Positions 51,664-60,858 of a stretch of DNA of 64,000 bases are shown in pieces (positions within the stretch are counted from its first letter, which is position 1; every line of letters starts with the position of its first letter). A program made the translations under genes and the position numbers. Below the pieces are notes generated by a model. The model saw nothing but the letters and a program-made list of their open reading frames with translations, was not told the DNA's origin and did not search any database. Location of the stretch: NCBI GenBank assembly GCA_009779115.1, contig WREX01000001.1, positions 10,878-74,877 on the forward strand, in the 5' to 3' direction. This stretch comes from Propionibacteriaceae bacterium. Its GTDB lineage: Bacteria > Actinomycetota > Actinomycetes > Propionibacteriales > Propionibacteriaceae.

Positions 51664-52851
51664 CTAGTGACCCTCGTCACCCTTCACCACCGACACGATG
51701 GTGCTGACGACCTGACGAGGGGTGTAGGTGTCGAGACAGTGCTGCCGGGCTTGTCGCCCCATCTCCACCCCCGCTGAATCATAGTTGTCAATCAACCACG
51801 TCAATGCGCCCAGCCAGTCGTAGTCGTCGCAAATCAGGCCGTTGACTCCCGAGGTGATCGCCGCCGACATGGTGTACGTGGCCGACGCGATCGTGGGCAC
51901 GCTCACCGCCCCGGCATCGAAATACTTCAACTCGGATTTGCAGTTGTTGAACCGGGTCAATTCCAAGGGCGACAAGCTGATTTCCGTCTGGGCGATGAGC
52001 CTCTGCAGTTCCAGATAATGCACCAGGGGCAATCGCTCGACTCTGTCCTCCATGCCTGCCAGGTCAGTGTCCTCCAGGTCGAGGTGCCCGACGATCCTCA
52101 GATCGACATCCGAACGCTCCCACAGGAGTTGGCGCAAGGCTCCCGCCACCAACCCGAAATCCCTGACATGGCTGGGACTGCCCGAGAAATAGCCCACGGC
52201 GATTCGCCCGTTACGCCGGTTGCCCGCCTGGTCACGCGCCTGGGCGAGTTCACTGGAGTACGCCACCTGGTCATCCCCCATGAAGTTGGGGATCACGGAA
52301 ATGGGCAGGTTCGTGACTTGCCGGGCCTGTTCGGCCATGTAGTCGTTGGTCACGATCAGTCCCTCACACATCTCCATGACCAGCTTCAAACGCCCCGCCC
52401 ATCCGAACCAGGTGTTCCAGACAGACTCCATGTCCCCGTCCCTGACTTGGCCCTGGGCCGAGACGATACTGGGGATCTCCCGGTAATCGAAGACATAATC
52501 GTCACAGTCGAACAGAACGCGAGCACCCCATCGTCGAGCGATCTGGATGAATCGTGCGACCTTGCCCGTATAGGCGGCACGGCAAATCACCACCGTGTCA
52601 GCGGCTTTGGCGACGACTTCGAGGTGCTGGTCGTCATCCTTATTACTGAACCAGGACGCGCTCATGGCGTCAACGTACGCATTGATCGCGCAGGCGGTAT
52701 TGAAGCATCGATACCGGAAAGTACTGGTGTCGGGGGTCGGATAGAAGTACGCGACCTTGACGTCACCGTCTTGGAGCATCCTCAAGCGGGTGCTGATGGG
52801 GAGATCCCATGGGAATGAATGTTTCCTCTGGGCTGAGGCGAACTCAAACAC
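51664..52851 (-). CDS. glycosyltransferase (GT-B fold, GT1/GT4-like)
   Basis: C-terminal GT-B nucleotide-sugar block NNCKSELKYFDAGAVSVPTIAS...NGLIC. The start is uncertain: GTG 52851 overlaps the upstream stop, and ATG 52779 is an alternative. Confidence 0.6.
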   Translation of the reverse strand: MFEFASAQRKHSFPWDLPISTRLRMLQDGDVKVAYFYPTPDTSTFRYRCFNTACAINAYVDAMSASWFSNKDDDQHLEVVAKAADTVVICRAAYTGKVARFIQIARRWGARVLFDCDDYVFDYREIPSIVSAQGQVRDGDMESVWNTWFGWAGRLKLVMEMCEGLIVTNDYMAEQARQVTNLPISVIPNFMGDDQVAYSSELAQARDQAGNRRNGRIAVGYFSGSPSHVRDFGLVAGALRQLLWERSDVDLRIVGHLDLEDTDLAGMEDRVERLPLVHYLELQRLIAQTEISLSPLELTRFNNCKSELKYFDAGAVSVPTIASATYTMSAAITSGVNGLICDDYDWLGALTWLIDNYDSAGVEMGRQARQHCLDTYTPRQVVSTIVSVVKGDEGH

Positions 52852-54640
52852 CAGCCATCCGCCTCTCGGCCCACGCCACGGCATCCGCCATCGTGTCCTC
52901 CCAGGCCTGGAAGAACGGCGAGGACGGGAGCGTGAAGGGTTCATCCTCCACCTGGGCGAGCCGTTGTATCGCCGCTGCGATGCCATCGATCATCGACTCG
53001 ACGCTCGGCTCAGTCTCCACGATCCGGTCCATCTGACCTGCCAAGGAGGGTTTCCCCGGCCACCGGTTCACGACGGTCACCGCCCCGCTGGCGATCGCGG
53101 CCAGACACCCGTCGCTGTCTTGGAGGGCGGCTGAGGGAGCCAGGACGATATCCACGTCAGCGAGGAGTTCCGCACACTGCCCCCAGGGCAGGTCCTCGAC
53201 CAGCAGGGGTGACGTACCATCGATGAATGTGACCGACGGAGCCCCAGAACCAATGATCATCACGTCGAACGACTCGGTGTCGACGATGCCACGTTCGATG
53301 GCACCATTGAGCGCAGCCAATCCATGGCTGAACAAGCTGGCCGGACTACTCGGAGAAGCCCACAACGCAATGGTCATTTTCGTGGTGCGGGTCCTGGTGG
53401 ACAAGCGACGCCCAGGCTTGGCGAAGCAGGCGTACGACGCCGTGAGCGGGAATCCGGTCGTCGTGAGCGCATCCAGACCAGTGTCCACCAGCCCATCCCG
53501 CAAGGCGGGTGTGTTGACGAGGATGGACAACTGCGCAGTGTTCATCGCGTCGGATGCTTCCAGCCACTCGTCACCCACCGGATATCGAGATCGCTCATCG
53601 TCGTGGAGGACACAGACGATCCTCTCACTAGGGACGACGGTTTGTGTCGCCAGCGTCGTCCACACCGATGTGGTGACATAGATGTCAGAATCACTGGTGG
53701 CGATAGAGTCCTGGCCCACGCCCTCATAAGGGGCGTACGCCAATTCAATCTGGTCTGGCAGGTCGATCTGAGCCGACTCCATGGCCTGGTACACGGCAGA
53801 GGGCACAGGTCTCACGGCACGGGTGATGAGTCTGAGTGTCCGACCAGTCTGGGCGGCCCACAGACAGGCGAAGACGATCGCGCTGGTGACGCCCGCAGTC
53901 ATGGCTCTGGGCTGAATCGATCCCAGAACAACCGTGATCCGCCTGGCCGGCTCACCACGTCGCAAGGGCAGCGGCGAACGCCAACGGCCAAGGTGGCTGA
54001 GCACCTGCGAGGCCCCGGGAGCGCCCGGATCCCACACGAGACCATGCGGAACAGGCGTGCGACCTTCCTCGAATCCCTCGGCGAGATAGTGGGTCAGCGG
54101 TTCTACCTGGCTCTTCGCCACATCAGGGTTGTCGCTCAGATACCAGGCGACGTCGAACAGACCCGACGGATTCGAGCCCGCCTTCCATCCCTGGGTCAAG
54201 TAATGAATATAGGGATTGACCCGCTGCTGTCTCAGTCTGGGATGGCGCTTCAGATACCATTCGCTGTCGAAACCCCGGGGCAAGGGGTTCATCGACTCAA
54301 AAGCGCCAATGAGCAAAAAGTGCTTGACACTGGGCATATCCATCGAGGCGACCCGTCGGCAGTAATACGCTGGGTCGAACAGAACCGACGGCTGCCGCTC
54401 CTCTTTGGCCCCAAAGTGGAGATAGTGCTGGTAGGGATCGATACCGGCCTCAACCACATCAGGATTATGTTTCACATAGTAGTCCAAGTCAAACAACACA
54501 TGTAAATCTGCCTGCCACGTCTCGGCACTGTGCTGGATGACACGCCGGGTGAGTCGTGGGTACGACCGACCGGCCAACCGTCGTGCTACTGACAACACAG
54601 TGCTCACGCGCCTATTCACCACAACCCACAGTGTATCCAT
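52844..54640 (-). CDS. putative glycosyltransferase with four N-terminal ~35-aa FDxxxY...P..HY repeats
   Basis: 598 aa. Repeats span residues 49-196. The C-terminal 400 aa are Rossmann-like (ITVVLGSIQPRAMTAGV...), reminiscent of WsaF-type rhamnosyltransferases. The assignment is tentative. Confidence 0.45.
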   Translation of the reverse strand: MDTLWVVVNRRVSTVLSVARRLAGRSYPRLTRRVIQHSAETWQADLHVLFDLDYYVKHNPDVVEAGIDPYQHYLHFGAKEERQPSVLFDPAYYCRRVASMDMPSVKHFLLIGAFESMNPLPRGFDSEWYLKRHPRLRQQRVNPYIHYLTQGWKAGSNPSGLFDVAWYLSDNPDVAKSQVEPLTHYLAEGFEEGRTPVPHGLVWDPGAPGASQVLSHLGRWRSPLPLRRGEPARRITVVLGSIQPRAMTAGVTSAIVFACLWAAQTGRTLRLITRAVRPVPSAVYQAMESAQIDLPDQIELAYAPYEGVGQDSIATSDSDIYVTTSVWTTLATQTVVPSERIVCVLHDDERSRYPVGDEWLEASDAMNTAQLSILVNTPALRDGLVDTGLDALTTTGFPLTASYACFAKPGRRLSTRTRTTKMTIALWASPSSPASLFSHGLAALNGAIERGIVDTESFDVMIIGSGAPSVTFIDGTSPLLVEDLPWGQCAELLADVDIVLAPSAALQDSDGCLAAIASGAVTVVNRWPGKPSLAGQMDRIVETEPSVESMIDGIAAAIQRLAQVEDEPFTLPSSPFFQAWEDTMADAVAWAERRMAGV

Positions 54641-54717
54641 AATTGCCGGTCAGCAAACGGCATGCACACTCAGGTTGTCCCCGATTGCGTCCCTGACCGG
54701 GATGATACGATGACCGA

Positions 54718-55746
54718 GTGAAAATCCACGTCCTCAACCATCACTTCTGGCCAGACGGGTCACCGGCGGCAGTGCTCGAAGAAGAGCTGGCGGACAGCCT
54801 GCGCGAGATGGGGTATGAGACCGTTCTGGTGGCTGGTTCCGGGTCGTTCCACGAGACCACTCGTCCGGCGCCGAAGTCTCCCATCATCCGGCTCCGGTCG
54901 AAAGAACGGGGCAAGCGCAACTCACAAGTCGCCATTTTGTACGACTATTGGCGTTTCTGGAAAGCTGCCAAAGCGTACATCAAAGCCCGGGTCTGCTCAG
55001 GGGACGCACTTCTGGCGACCTCCTCGCCATTCCTCAATATCTTCCTCATCGGCGTTGTCCGCCGGCACGCCCCGGGGGCGGTCGCCATCTGTCATCTGCA
55101 TGACTATCTGCCCAGCAACCTGCGGTCCTTGAGTATCGTTCATCGTCTGGCCGCGCCGTTCCTCAAGGTGGTGACCGACCACTTCCTCACCCGCTGGGAT
55201 CTCGTCTTGTCCTGCGCGGGCAACATTGCGTACAAGAAATCGAATTGTGTGGTCGCCCGCTTCTGGCCCACGATCCAAGGCCCCCTCCCCACCGATGTGC
55301 CACGAACCCGGCGGGCGCTGTATGCCGGCAATCTGGGGATCGCGCACGATGTCGACGCGCTGTTCCGGCAGATGGAGCGTCTCCACGACGACGGGTGGGG
55401 CATCGACTTCTACGGGGACGGCCCGATGATGGACAAGCTGCCAGCCTTCGTCGACAAACATCCCTTTGTCTCCGGTGACGACTACGTGAAACTACTGTGT
55501 TCTCATCCCATCCACTTCGTCACCGGTGTCGGGCGAGACGGCACCGGCGCCTTCCCGTCGAAAACCTACAATTCCTTGTACGTGGGAGCCCAGGTGGTGC
55601 CCTGTGGATTCCGCCCCGAAATGCTCGCAGAGCTGGAACGCCTGCGCAAGATTCCTGACTTGGCCGACAACCGGCGTTACGCCGCAGCGGTCGTGGACCG
55701 GTTTCTGAAAAGAACCGTGGCCTCAGGGCACCAGTCATGGTCGTGA
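54718..55746 (+). CDS. glycosyltransferase family 4-like (GT-B)
   Basis: GTG start. The N-terminus MKIHVLNHHFWPDGSPAA is typical of GT4_N. The C-terminal part reads YAGNLGIAHD...FPSKTYNSLYVG. Confidence 0.7.
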   Translation: MKIHVLNHHFWPDGSPAAVLEEELADSLREMGYETVLVAGSGSFHETTRPAPKSPIIRLRSKERGKRNSQVAILYDYWRFWKAAKAYIKARVCSGDALLATSSPFLNIFLIGVVRRHAPGAVAICHLHDYLPSNLRSLSIVHRLAAPFLKVVTDHFLTRWDLVLSCAGNIAYKKSNCVVARFWPTIQGPLPTDVPRTRRALYAGNLGIAHDVDALFRQMERLHDDGWGIDFYGDGPMMDKLPAFVDKHPFVSGDDYVKLLCSHPIHFVTGVGRDGTGAFPSKTYNSLYVGAQVVPCGFRPEMLAELERLRKIPDLADNRRYAAAVVDRFLKRTVASGHQSWS

Positions 55747-55786
55747 GCACACTCCTGGACGCCTGAACTGCACCCGAGATCCGAGA

Positions 55787-56155
55787 TCACTCGGCTGAGG
55801 AACCATCGTCTGGCTTGGCCTCAAGGGTCTCCACAGACTGTCTGAGGATCGCGGATTCCTCTGCCAAACGCCGAACGCGGCTTTCGAGCCGCGACACCTC
55901 CAGCGACAAGTGAATACAAACACCCAATAACAGTATTAGTGCCAACGCGAACAGGAGGTTGGACGCGACCTGGACGCCCACCAATGCGGCCAGATGTGCC
56001 AACAGGGCCGGATACGCGGCCAACACGATGACAACCACGCCGACGCCCAGCCACAAGATGGCGTACTTTTCGGCTATCCGGCGCGATCGCAGCAGGACGA
56101 ACATCACCGCCACAATGACCAGGGCGAGAACCAAGAAGAGAATCGTTGTACGCAC
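55787..56155 (-). CDS. DUF2304-family small membrane protein
   Basis: 122 aa with 3 TM helices and a C-terminal amphipathic helix (LEVSRLESRVRRLAEE). It lies immediately downstream of a GT2 gene, as is typical for DUF2304. Confidence 0.65.
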   Translation of the reverse strand: MRTTILFLVLALVIVAVMFVLLRSRRIAEKYAILWLGVGVVVIVLAAYPALLAHLAALVGVQVASNLLFALALILLLGVCIHLSLEVSRLESRVRRLAEESAILRQSVETLEAKPDDGSSAE

Positions 56156-56159
56156 GGCT

Positions 56160-56897
56160 TTATTCCTTCACGGCGATCTTCGGTCGCGTCACGGCGATCA
56201 GCAATGCCAACAGACTGCGGCCCAGATACACCGCCGACTTCACCGGGGAGGTCGACGGTTGTCCCGCTTGTCTCTGCCTCATCTCAACTGGGATCTGAGT
56301 CACGGTCAGCCCGGACCGCAGTGCCATGACCAGTGAATCAACGGTGTCGGCGAGGTACTCCACCGGGAAGTGGACTCTGTACTGCTGGATGGCTCGTCGG
56401 TTACCTGCCCTAAATCCGCTTGTCACATCGGTCAAACGAGTACGTGCGATGCGGGAGACGGTGCCGGCGAGCAAGCCCATCATCAACCGCCGCGAGAATC
56501 CTGCGGAGTACGATCCGGTTCCGGCGAACCTCGCGCCGATGGCGATGTCCGCGTGGCTGAGCGCTTCCAGGATCCGGGGAATGTCTTTCGGATCGTGTTG
56601 TCCATCCGCATCGAACTGGAGAACCTGGTCATATCCGTTGCGATGCGCATACTCGAAACCTGTCCGCAAAGCCCCGCCCACACCGAGATTGAACGGCAAG
56701 GACACCACGGTGGCTCCAGCACGACGCGCGATGGCAGCGGTGTCATCGCGAGAACCGTCATCCACCACCAGTACGTCGATGTCTGGCTGGTGGCTGTGCA
56801 ATTCGTCCAGTGTCTCCCCAATCACGGCTGCTTCATTCCACGCGGGAACGATGATCAACGTTCGCGGAGGTTTCTCGCAGTCAGCCATAGGCAACAC
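56160..56897 (-). CDS. GT2 polyprenyl-phosphate sugar synthase-type glycosyltransferase
   Basis: LIIVPAWNEAAVIGETLDEL, VLVVDDGSRDDT and QFDADGQHDP motifs. 245 aa. Confidence 0.88.
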   Translation of the reverse strand: MLPMADCEKPPRTLIIVPAWNEAAVIGETLDELHSHQPDIDVLVVDDGSRDDTAAIARRAGATVVSLPFNLGVGGALRTGFEYAHRNGYDQVLQFDADGQHDPKDIPRILEALSHADIAIGARFAGTGSYSAGFSRRLMMGLLAGTVSRIARTRLTDVTSGFRAGNRRAIQQYRVHFPVEYLADTVDSLVMALRSGLTVTQIPVEMRQRQAGQPSTSPVKSAVYLGRSLLALLIAVTRPKIAVKE

Positions 56898-56924
56898 CCT
56901 ACCTCACCGGTTCTTCACACAGTG

Positions 56925-58202
56925 TCACTGGGAAACAGCGTCGTGATGGATCGCGTTGCCCCGACCCCTGACCAGCCCCACGATATGGACGACAGCCCCG
57001 CACGATGAGCCCGTGATGAGAGCCACGATCACCGCCACGGTCAGAGGCGCCGGAATCCACAGCATCCCCACGGTCACCACAATCGCAACGATCCATCCGA
57101 TCATGTACACCGTGTGCCGACTGTTCGCCAACACCAATGTTCCGGTCAAGACGACCAGGGTCAAGAAGACCGACGCCAAGGTCAGGCAGCCGACCACCAC
57201 AAAGCCGAGATGGTATTCCGAACGCAACAAACCCAGCAATGGCGGCCCGACGAGGCCGATGGCCACCGACACCACAACTCCCAGACCCAGAACAGCCACG
57301 ACGATCCGGCCAATGGCGCGAGCGCTTCCACCGCTGTTCACGAAGTGAGCGACGATCATGGACTGGAAGGCATTGAGCGGCATCATCAGAGGCGCCCGTG
57401 TCATGGAGATGGCGAAAAGCAGGCCCGCGGCACTTTGGAGCCGGGTGTACCCGACCACCAGTCCCAGGACTGTGGGGAAGCCGACGACGAGCGCCGTGTT
57501 GGCCGCGTTGGCGACGATGGCCTGCCCCACCTGGCCCACGTACTGGCGCATCCCAGCATCACCCCTGGCGCCCAAGACCGAGCGATAGCCCTTGGATGTC
57601 ATGACCACCACGATCCAGGTCAACGCTGCCAGTCCAGCCGCCGCCTTGACCCACAACAGACCCGGCAGCGCCAGGACGGCAGCGATGACCATCACCGCCC
57701 GGACCAGGGGGTCGGCGACCATGAGCAGTGCCGCACGCACCCAGTCGCCCCTGCCCCCCAAGACCCCCACAGCCGACGAGAATCCCGCGAAGGCGATCGC
57801 GGCCGCACAGATGATCGCTGAGGTGGCCAGCCAGTTGTACCCGAACACCCTGGGAGCCCACAACAGCGATGACAAGAAGATGATCATGACCACCCCGACC
57901 GACATGACCAGCCCGGCTGGCACGACGCGTACCTTGTCTTGCTCTGTGAACGCCACAAGGGAGTTCTCATCACGCAGATGCACTGTCCGCACTGAGCGTA
58001 CTGTCTCGAACTGAATCCCTCCGCCCACGGACCCGAAGACCCAGAAAAGCAACGACCAGAAAACCATGAACTCCGCATTGAGTTGGGGAGAGAGAACTTT
58101 GGCCATCACGACCATGAGGACGAGCCCAGCCACCCCGGCGATGCCACTGGCCAGACCCACCGACCCCACTCCCTTCAGGGTCTGCTTGGTCTTGGCCCTC
58201 AT
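56925..58202 (-). CDS. polysaccharide flippase-like (Wzx/MOP superfamily) membrane protein
   Basis: 425 aa with about 12 TM helices and no soluble domain. Located inside the glycan cluster. Confidence 0.55.
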   Translation of the reverse strand: MRAKTKQTLKGVGSVGLASGIAGVAGLVLMVVMAKVLSPQLNAEFMVFWSLLFWVFGSVGGGIQFETVRSVRTVHLRDENSLVAFTEQDKVRVVPAGLVMSVGVVMIIFLSSLLWAPRVFGYNWLATSAIICAAAIAFAGFSSAVGVLGGRGDWVRAALLMVADPLVRAVMVIAAVLALPGLLWVKAAAGLAALTWIVVVMTSKGYRSVLGARGDAGMRQYVGQVGQAIVANAANTALVVGFPTVLGLVVGYTRLQSAAGLLFAISMTRAPLMMPLNAFQSMIVAHFVNSGGSARAIGRIVVAVLGLGVVVSVAIGLVGPPLLGLLRSEYHLGFVVVGCLTLASVFLTLVVLTGTLVLANSRHTVYMIGWIVAIVVTVGMLWIPAPLTVAVIVALITGSSCGAVVHIVGLVRGRGNAIHHDAVSQ

Positions 58203-58236
58203 CGTGGTCTGGATCGCTCAGTCGGCATGCACGAAA

Positions 58237-59865
58237 TCATTCGTCGGCCTCTGCAATGGCGTGTACCGCCACACTGACCGGGAGCGGATCAGGGATCTCG
58301 TGGTCTGCGATCACTGCCTGTTGCCGAGGTTCCACGCTCACATCCTGGTTGTTCGGGCCCCTTGACACCACAAACAACACGAGCGCCACCACAGCGAAAC
58401 CCACCGAGCCCAGGATCCAAGTCATCATCGGAGACGGGCCGGCGTGCCACCATTCGGCTTGGTAATTCAGGTTGAAGGTGGTCACATCAACACCGGTGAC
58501 GAACCGACGGATCTGGGTGTGCAATGCCACAGCCTGAGCACCGACCAGAGCAAGGTAGGCCAGCACAGATTGTGTCCGGGACAGGCGAGAAGCACCACCT
58601 CGTCCAGGCCGGTACAAGGCCACAGCCACGATGATGGGCACAAGGGGCATGAGGTAGCGGGGCTGGACCATCTGTCCGACCGGATAAGCGCCTCGTTGGA
58701 GCACATAGAGGGGAAGCCCGATGAAGACCAGCGTCACACCTGCCAAAGTCAGGACCTTACGCCAGTCGTTTCGGCGAAGGCCCCAGAAGACCAGACCCAG
58801 CGACACCAGTAACACTGGAATCCACACAATGGCGGGCATGCCCGTGTCGACCCAGTTCAGACCCATGGATCCACCGGAGTAGCCAATCAGCAAGCTGGGT
58901 ACCTGGAAGAGATTGTTCATCAGAAATTGCAACTGACCGTTGGGGTAGACCGGTTCCAAGTCAGTGGACAAGATGTCCGTCTGGTTGCCTGAGAAAAAGC
59001 CGACCAGCCCGATGGCCATCACGAAACAGGGCACCACGATTTTCCACCACTGCCGACGGATCTGCGGAAAGAACAGGATCGTGGCGCCGACCGCAGCCAC
59101 GGCGAGATAGGCTCCTGCATCAGAGCGTGCCGTCGCACCCATGGCAGCCCCCGCCAAGGCGATCACACCCGACACGATGCCCCGCCACCGGGATTCCGCA
59201 TGGAAGGCTGCGTACATGGCGAACCATGCCACCGCGAGGCCCGTCATCGCCCACCCGCTCGGATTGATCGAACACACAAAATAGATCATGTCGGGGACGA
59301 CGACGGCCAAGGTAGCGTAGGCCATCAGCCGACGACCGGTGCGGGGCAACAAGAATGCCACCACTGCCATCAAGCCGATGGCGAGACCACCATTCACCAG
59401 TCGCATGAGGACCACTGATTTGAACACGTTCTGCCCGATGAACAGATGCATGACGTTGTAGAAACCACCCGGATACATCCCATCGTTGACCCGACTGGTC
59501 CAGACATTGTCATCGGTGAGGCTGCCCTCGCAGGCGGCTGACTGCTCCGGTTGAAAGGCATAGCAGTGTGAGGCATCAATAACCTTGTCGGGAACAGAGA
59601 CCTGCGGCACTCCAGTGGAGGTGTACGTCACAGCACAGGATTTCTCCAAGGGCATGGGGCACCACGCACTGGTCAGGTGAAAATCCTCATCGGGAGAGGC
59701 TCCGGCTGGCGCGGCGACCGCCCAGGCGTACACGGTCGCGCATCCGCCGACAATGGCCAGAACCGCGACCGCCATCACCCACAGGTGGCGACGTACCCAT
59801 CCTGGTTGGCGACTCGTGCCACCTGAATCCTCGACAGCTGTCTGCTCCCCCCCCTGTGTCGTCAT
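58237..59865 (-). CDS. DUF2142-family polytopic membrane protein (putative glycan-modifying or transferase component)
   Basis: Start ATG 59865 overlaps the upstream stop (ATGA); the ORF track extends to 60096. The motif ASPDEDFHL follows the first TM helix. At least 10 TM helices. Confidence 0.65.
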   Translation of the reverse strand: MTTQGGEQTAVEDSGGTSRQPGWVRRHLWVMAVAVLAIVGGCATVYAWAVAAPAGASPDEDFHLTSAWCPMPLEKSCAVTYTSTGVPQVSVPDKVIDASHCYAFQPEQSAACEGSLTDDNVWTSRVNDGMYPGGFYNVMHLFIGQNVFKSVVLMRLVNGGLAIGLMAVVAFLLPRTGRRLMAYATLAVVVPDMIYFVCSINPSGWAMTGLAVAWFAMYAAFHAESRWRGIVSGVIALAGAAMGATARSDAGAYLAVAAVGATILFFPQIRRQWWKIVVPCFVMAIGLVGFFSGNQTDILSTDLEPVYPNGQLQFLMNNLFQVPSLLIGYSGGSMGLNWVDTGMPAIVWIPVLLVSLGLVFWGLRRNDWRKVLTLAGVTLVFIGLPLYVLQRGAYPVGQMVQPRYLMPLVPIIVAVALYRPGRGGASRLSRTQSVLAYLALVGAQAVALHTQIRRFVTGVDVTTFNLNYQAEWWHAGPSPMMTWILGSVGFAVVALVLFVVSRGPNNQDVSVEPRQQAVIADHEIPDPLPVSVAVHAIAEADE

Positions 59866-60857
59866 CCCCGGATACCGTCCTGTCTCATAATCGCCCTCAA
59901 GTAGTCGGCACCCAGACGGGTGCGTTTGCGGATGGCCCGGCGGGATCGCGCGTACACCGGGAGCCGGAAGAACTCGCTGATGTAGGTGCCGAGGACCTGC
60001 CAGGCGCCCGTCCACCCATGATCGTGCCTGACCTGCCTCAGATAGTCCCGGATCCCGGCGACGAAGTCCGGCATGGACTTCACGATCACCGGCCACGGCG
60101 TGTTCTTGTACACCACCGCCAAGTGGTTGCGAGCCGTCATGGTCACCGTGTACATACTGGCCATCTTATTAGCACTGACCGAACCCATGTGATAAGCCAC
60201 GGATGAGGGGACAAAGTACGAGTCGTAGCCCGCCACCAAGGAACGATAGGCGACGTCCACATCCTCGTAGTACATGTAGAAACGCTCGTCGAAGAAGTAG
60301 CAGTCGGGATCGGGTTGGTTCTCGATGTACTCGCGGCTGAACATCGCGGCCGCAGCGTTGACCCCGAAGACTTTTCGGGGAAAGTACGACTCCCGGTCCG
60401 CACGCAGCTTGTAGCCGTACTGAATCCCTTGGAGCCTCTTGGACACATAGATGTGCTGGGAGTCGACCATGTCGTGATCGTAATAATCCACGGTCAAGCC
60501 CTGGACCCCTGCCACCCCTGGCCTGCCCGCGACGAACCCCAAGATGTTCGCCGTCCAGTCCGGGTCCAGGACAGCGTCTGAATTGACCAATGCGACCCAT
60601 CGAACGGGCACGTCCGACAAAGCCTGCCGGATGAGTTCGTTGTTCCCCCGGGCGAATCCCAGGTTTTCCGTCGATTCCACGAGATGGACCTGTGGGTAAC
60701 CTCGGACGATCCCGACCGTGTCATCGGATGACCCGTTGTCGAGGACATAGATCTCTGGGTGAACACCGGTTTGCTCCAACACGGAGTCAAGACATCCGGC
60801 GATGATATCCCTGTTGTTCCAAGTAACAATGATGAATGCTACAGTCTCCTGGTCCAT
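59862..60857 (-). CDS. glycosyltransferase family 2
   Basis: Start MDQETVAFIIVTWNNRD at 60857. YVLDNGSSDDT is present. The ED-type motif YMYYEDVD is present. Confidence 0.88.
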   Translation of the reverse strand: MDQETVAFIIVTWNNRDIIAGCLDSVLEQTGVHPEIYVLDNGSSDDTVGIVRGYPQVHLVESTENLGFARGNNELIRQALSDVPVRWVALVNSDAVLDPDWTANILGFVAGRPGVAGVQGLTVDYYDHDMVDSQHIYVSKRLQGIQYGYKLRADRESYFPRKVFGVNAAAAMFSREYIENQPDPDCYFFDERFYMYYEDVDVAYRSLVAGYDSYFVPSSVAYHMGSVSANKMASMYTVTMTARNHLAVVYKNTPWPVIVKSMPDFVAGIRDYLRQVRHDHGWTGAWQVLGTYISEFFRLPVYARSRRAIRKRTRLGADYLRAIMRQDGIRG

Positions 60858-60858
60858 C

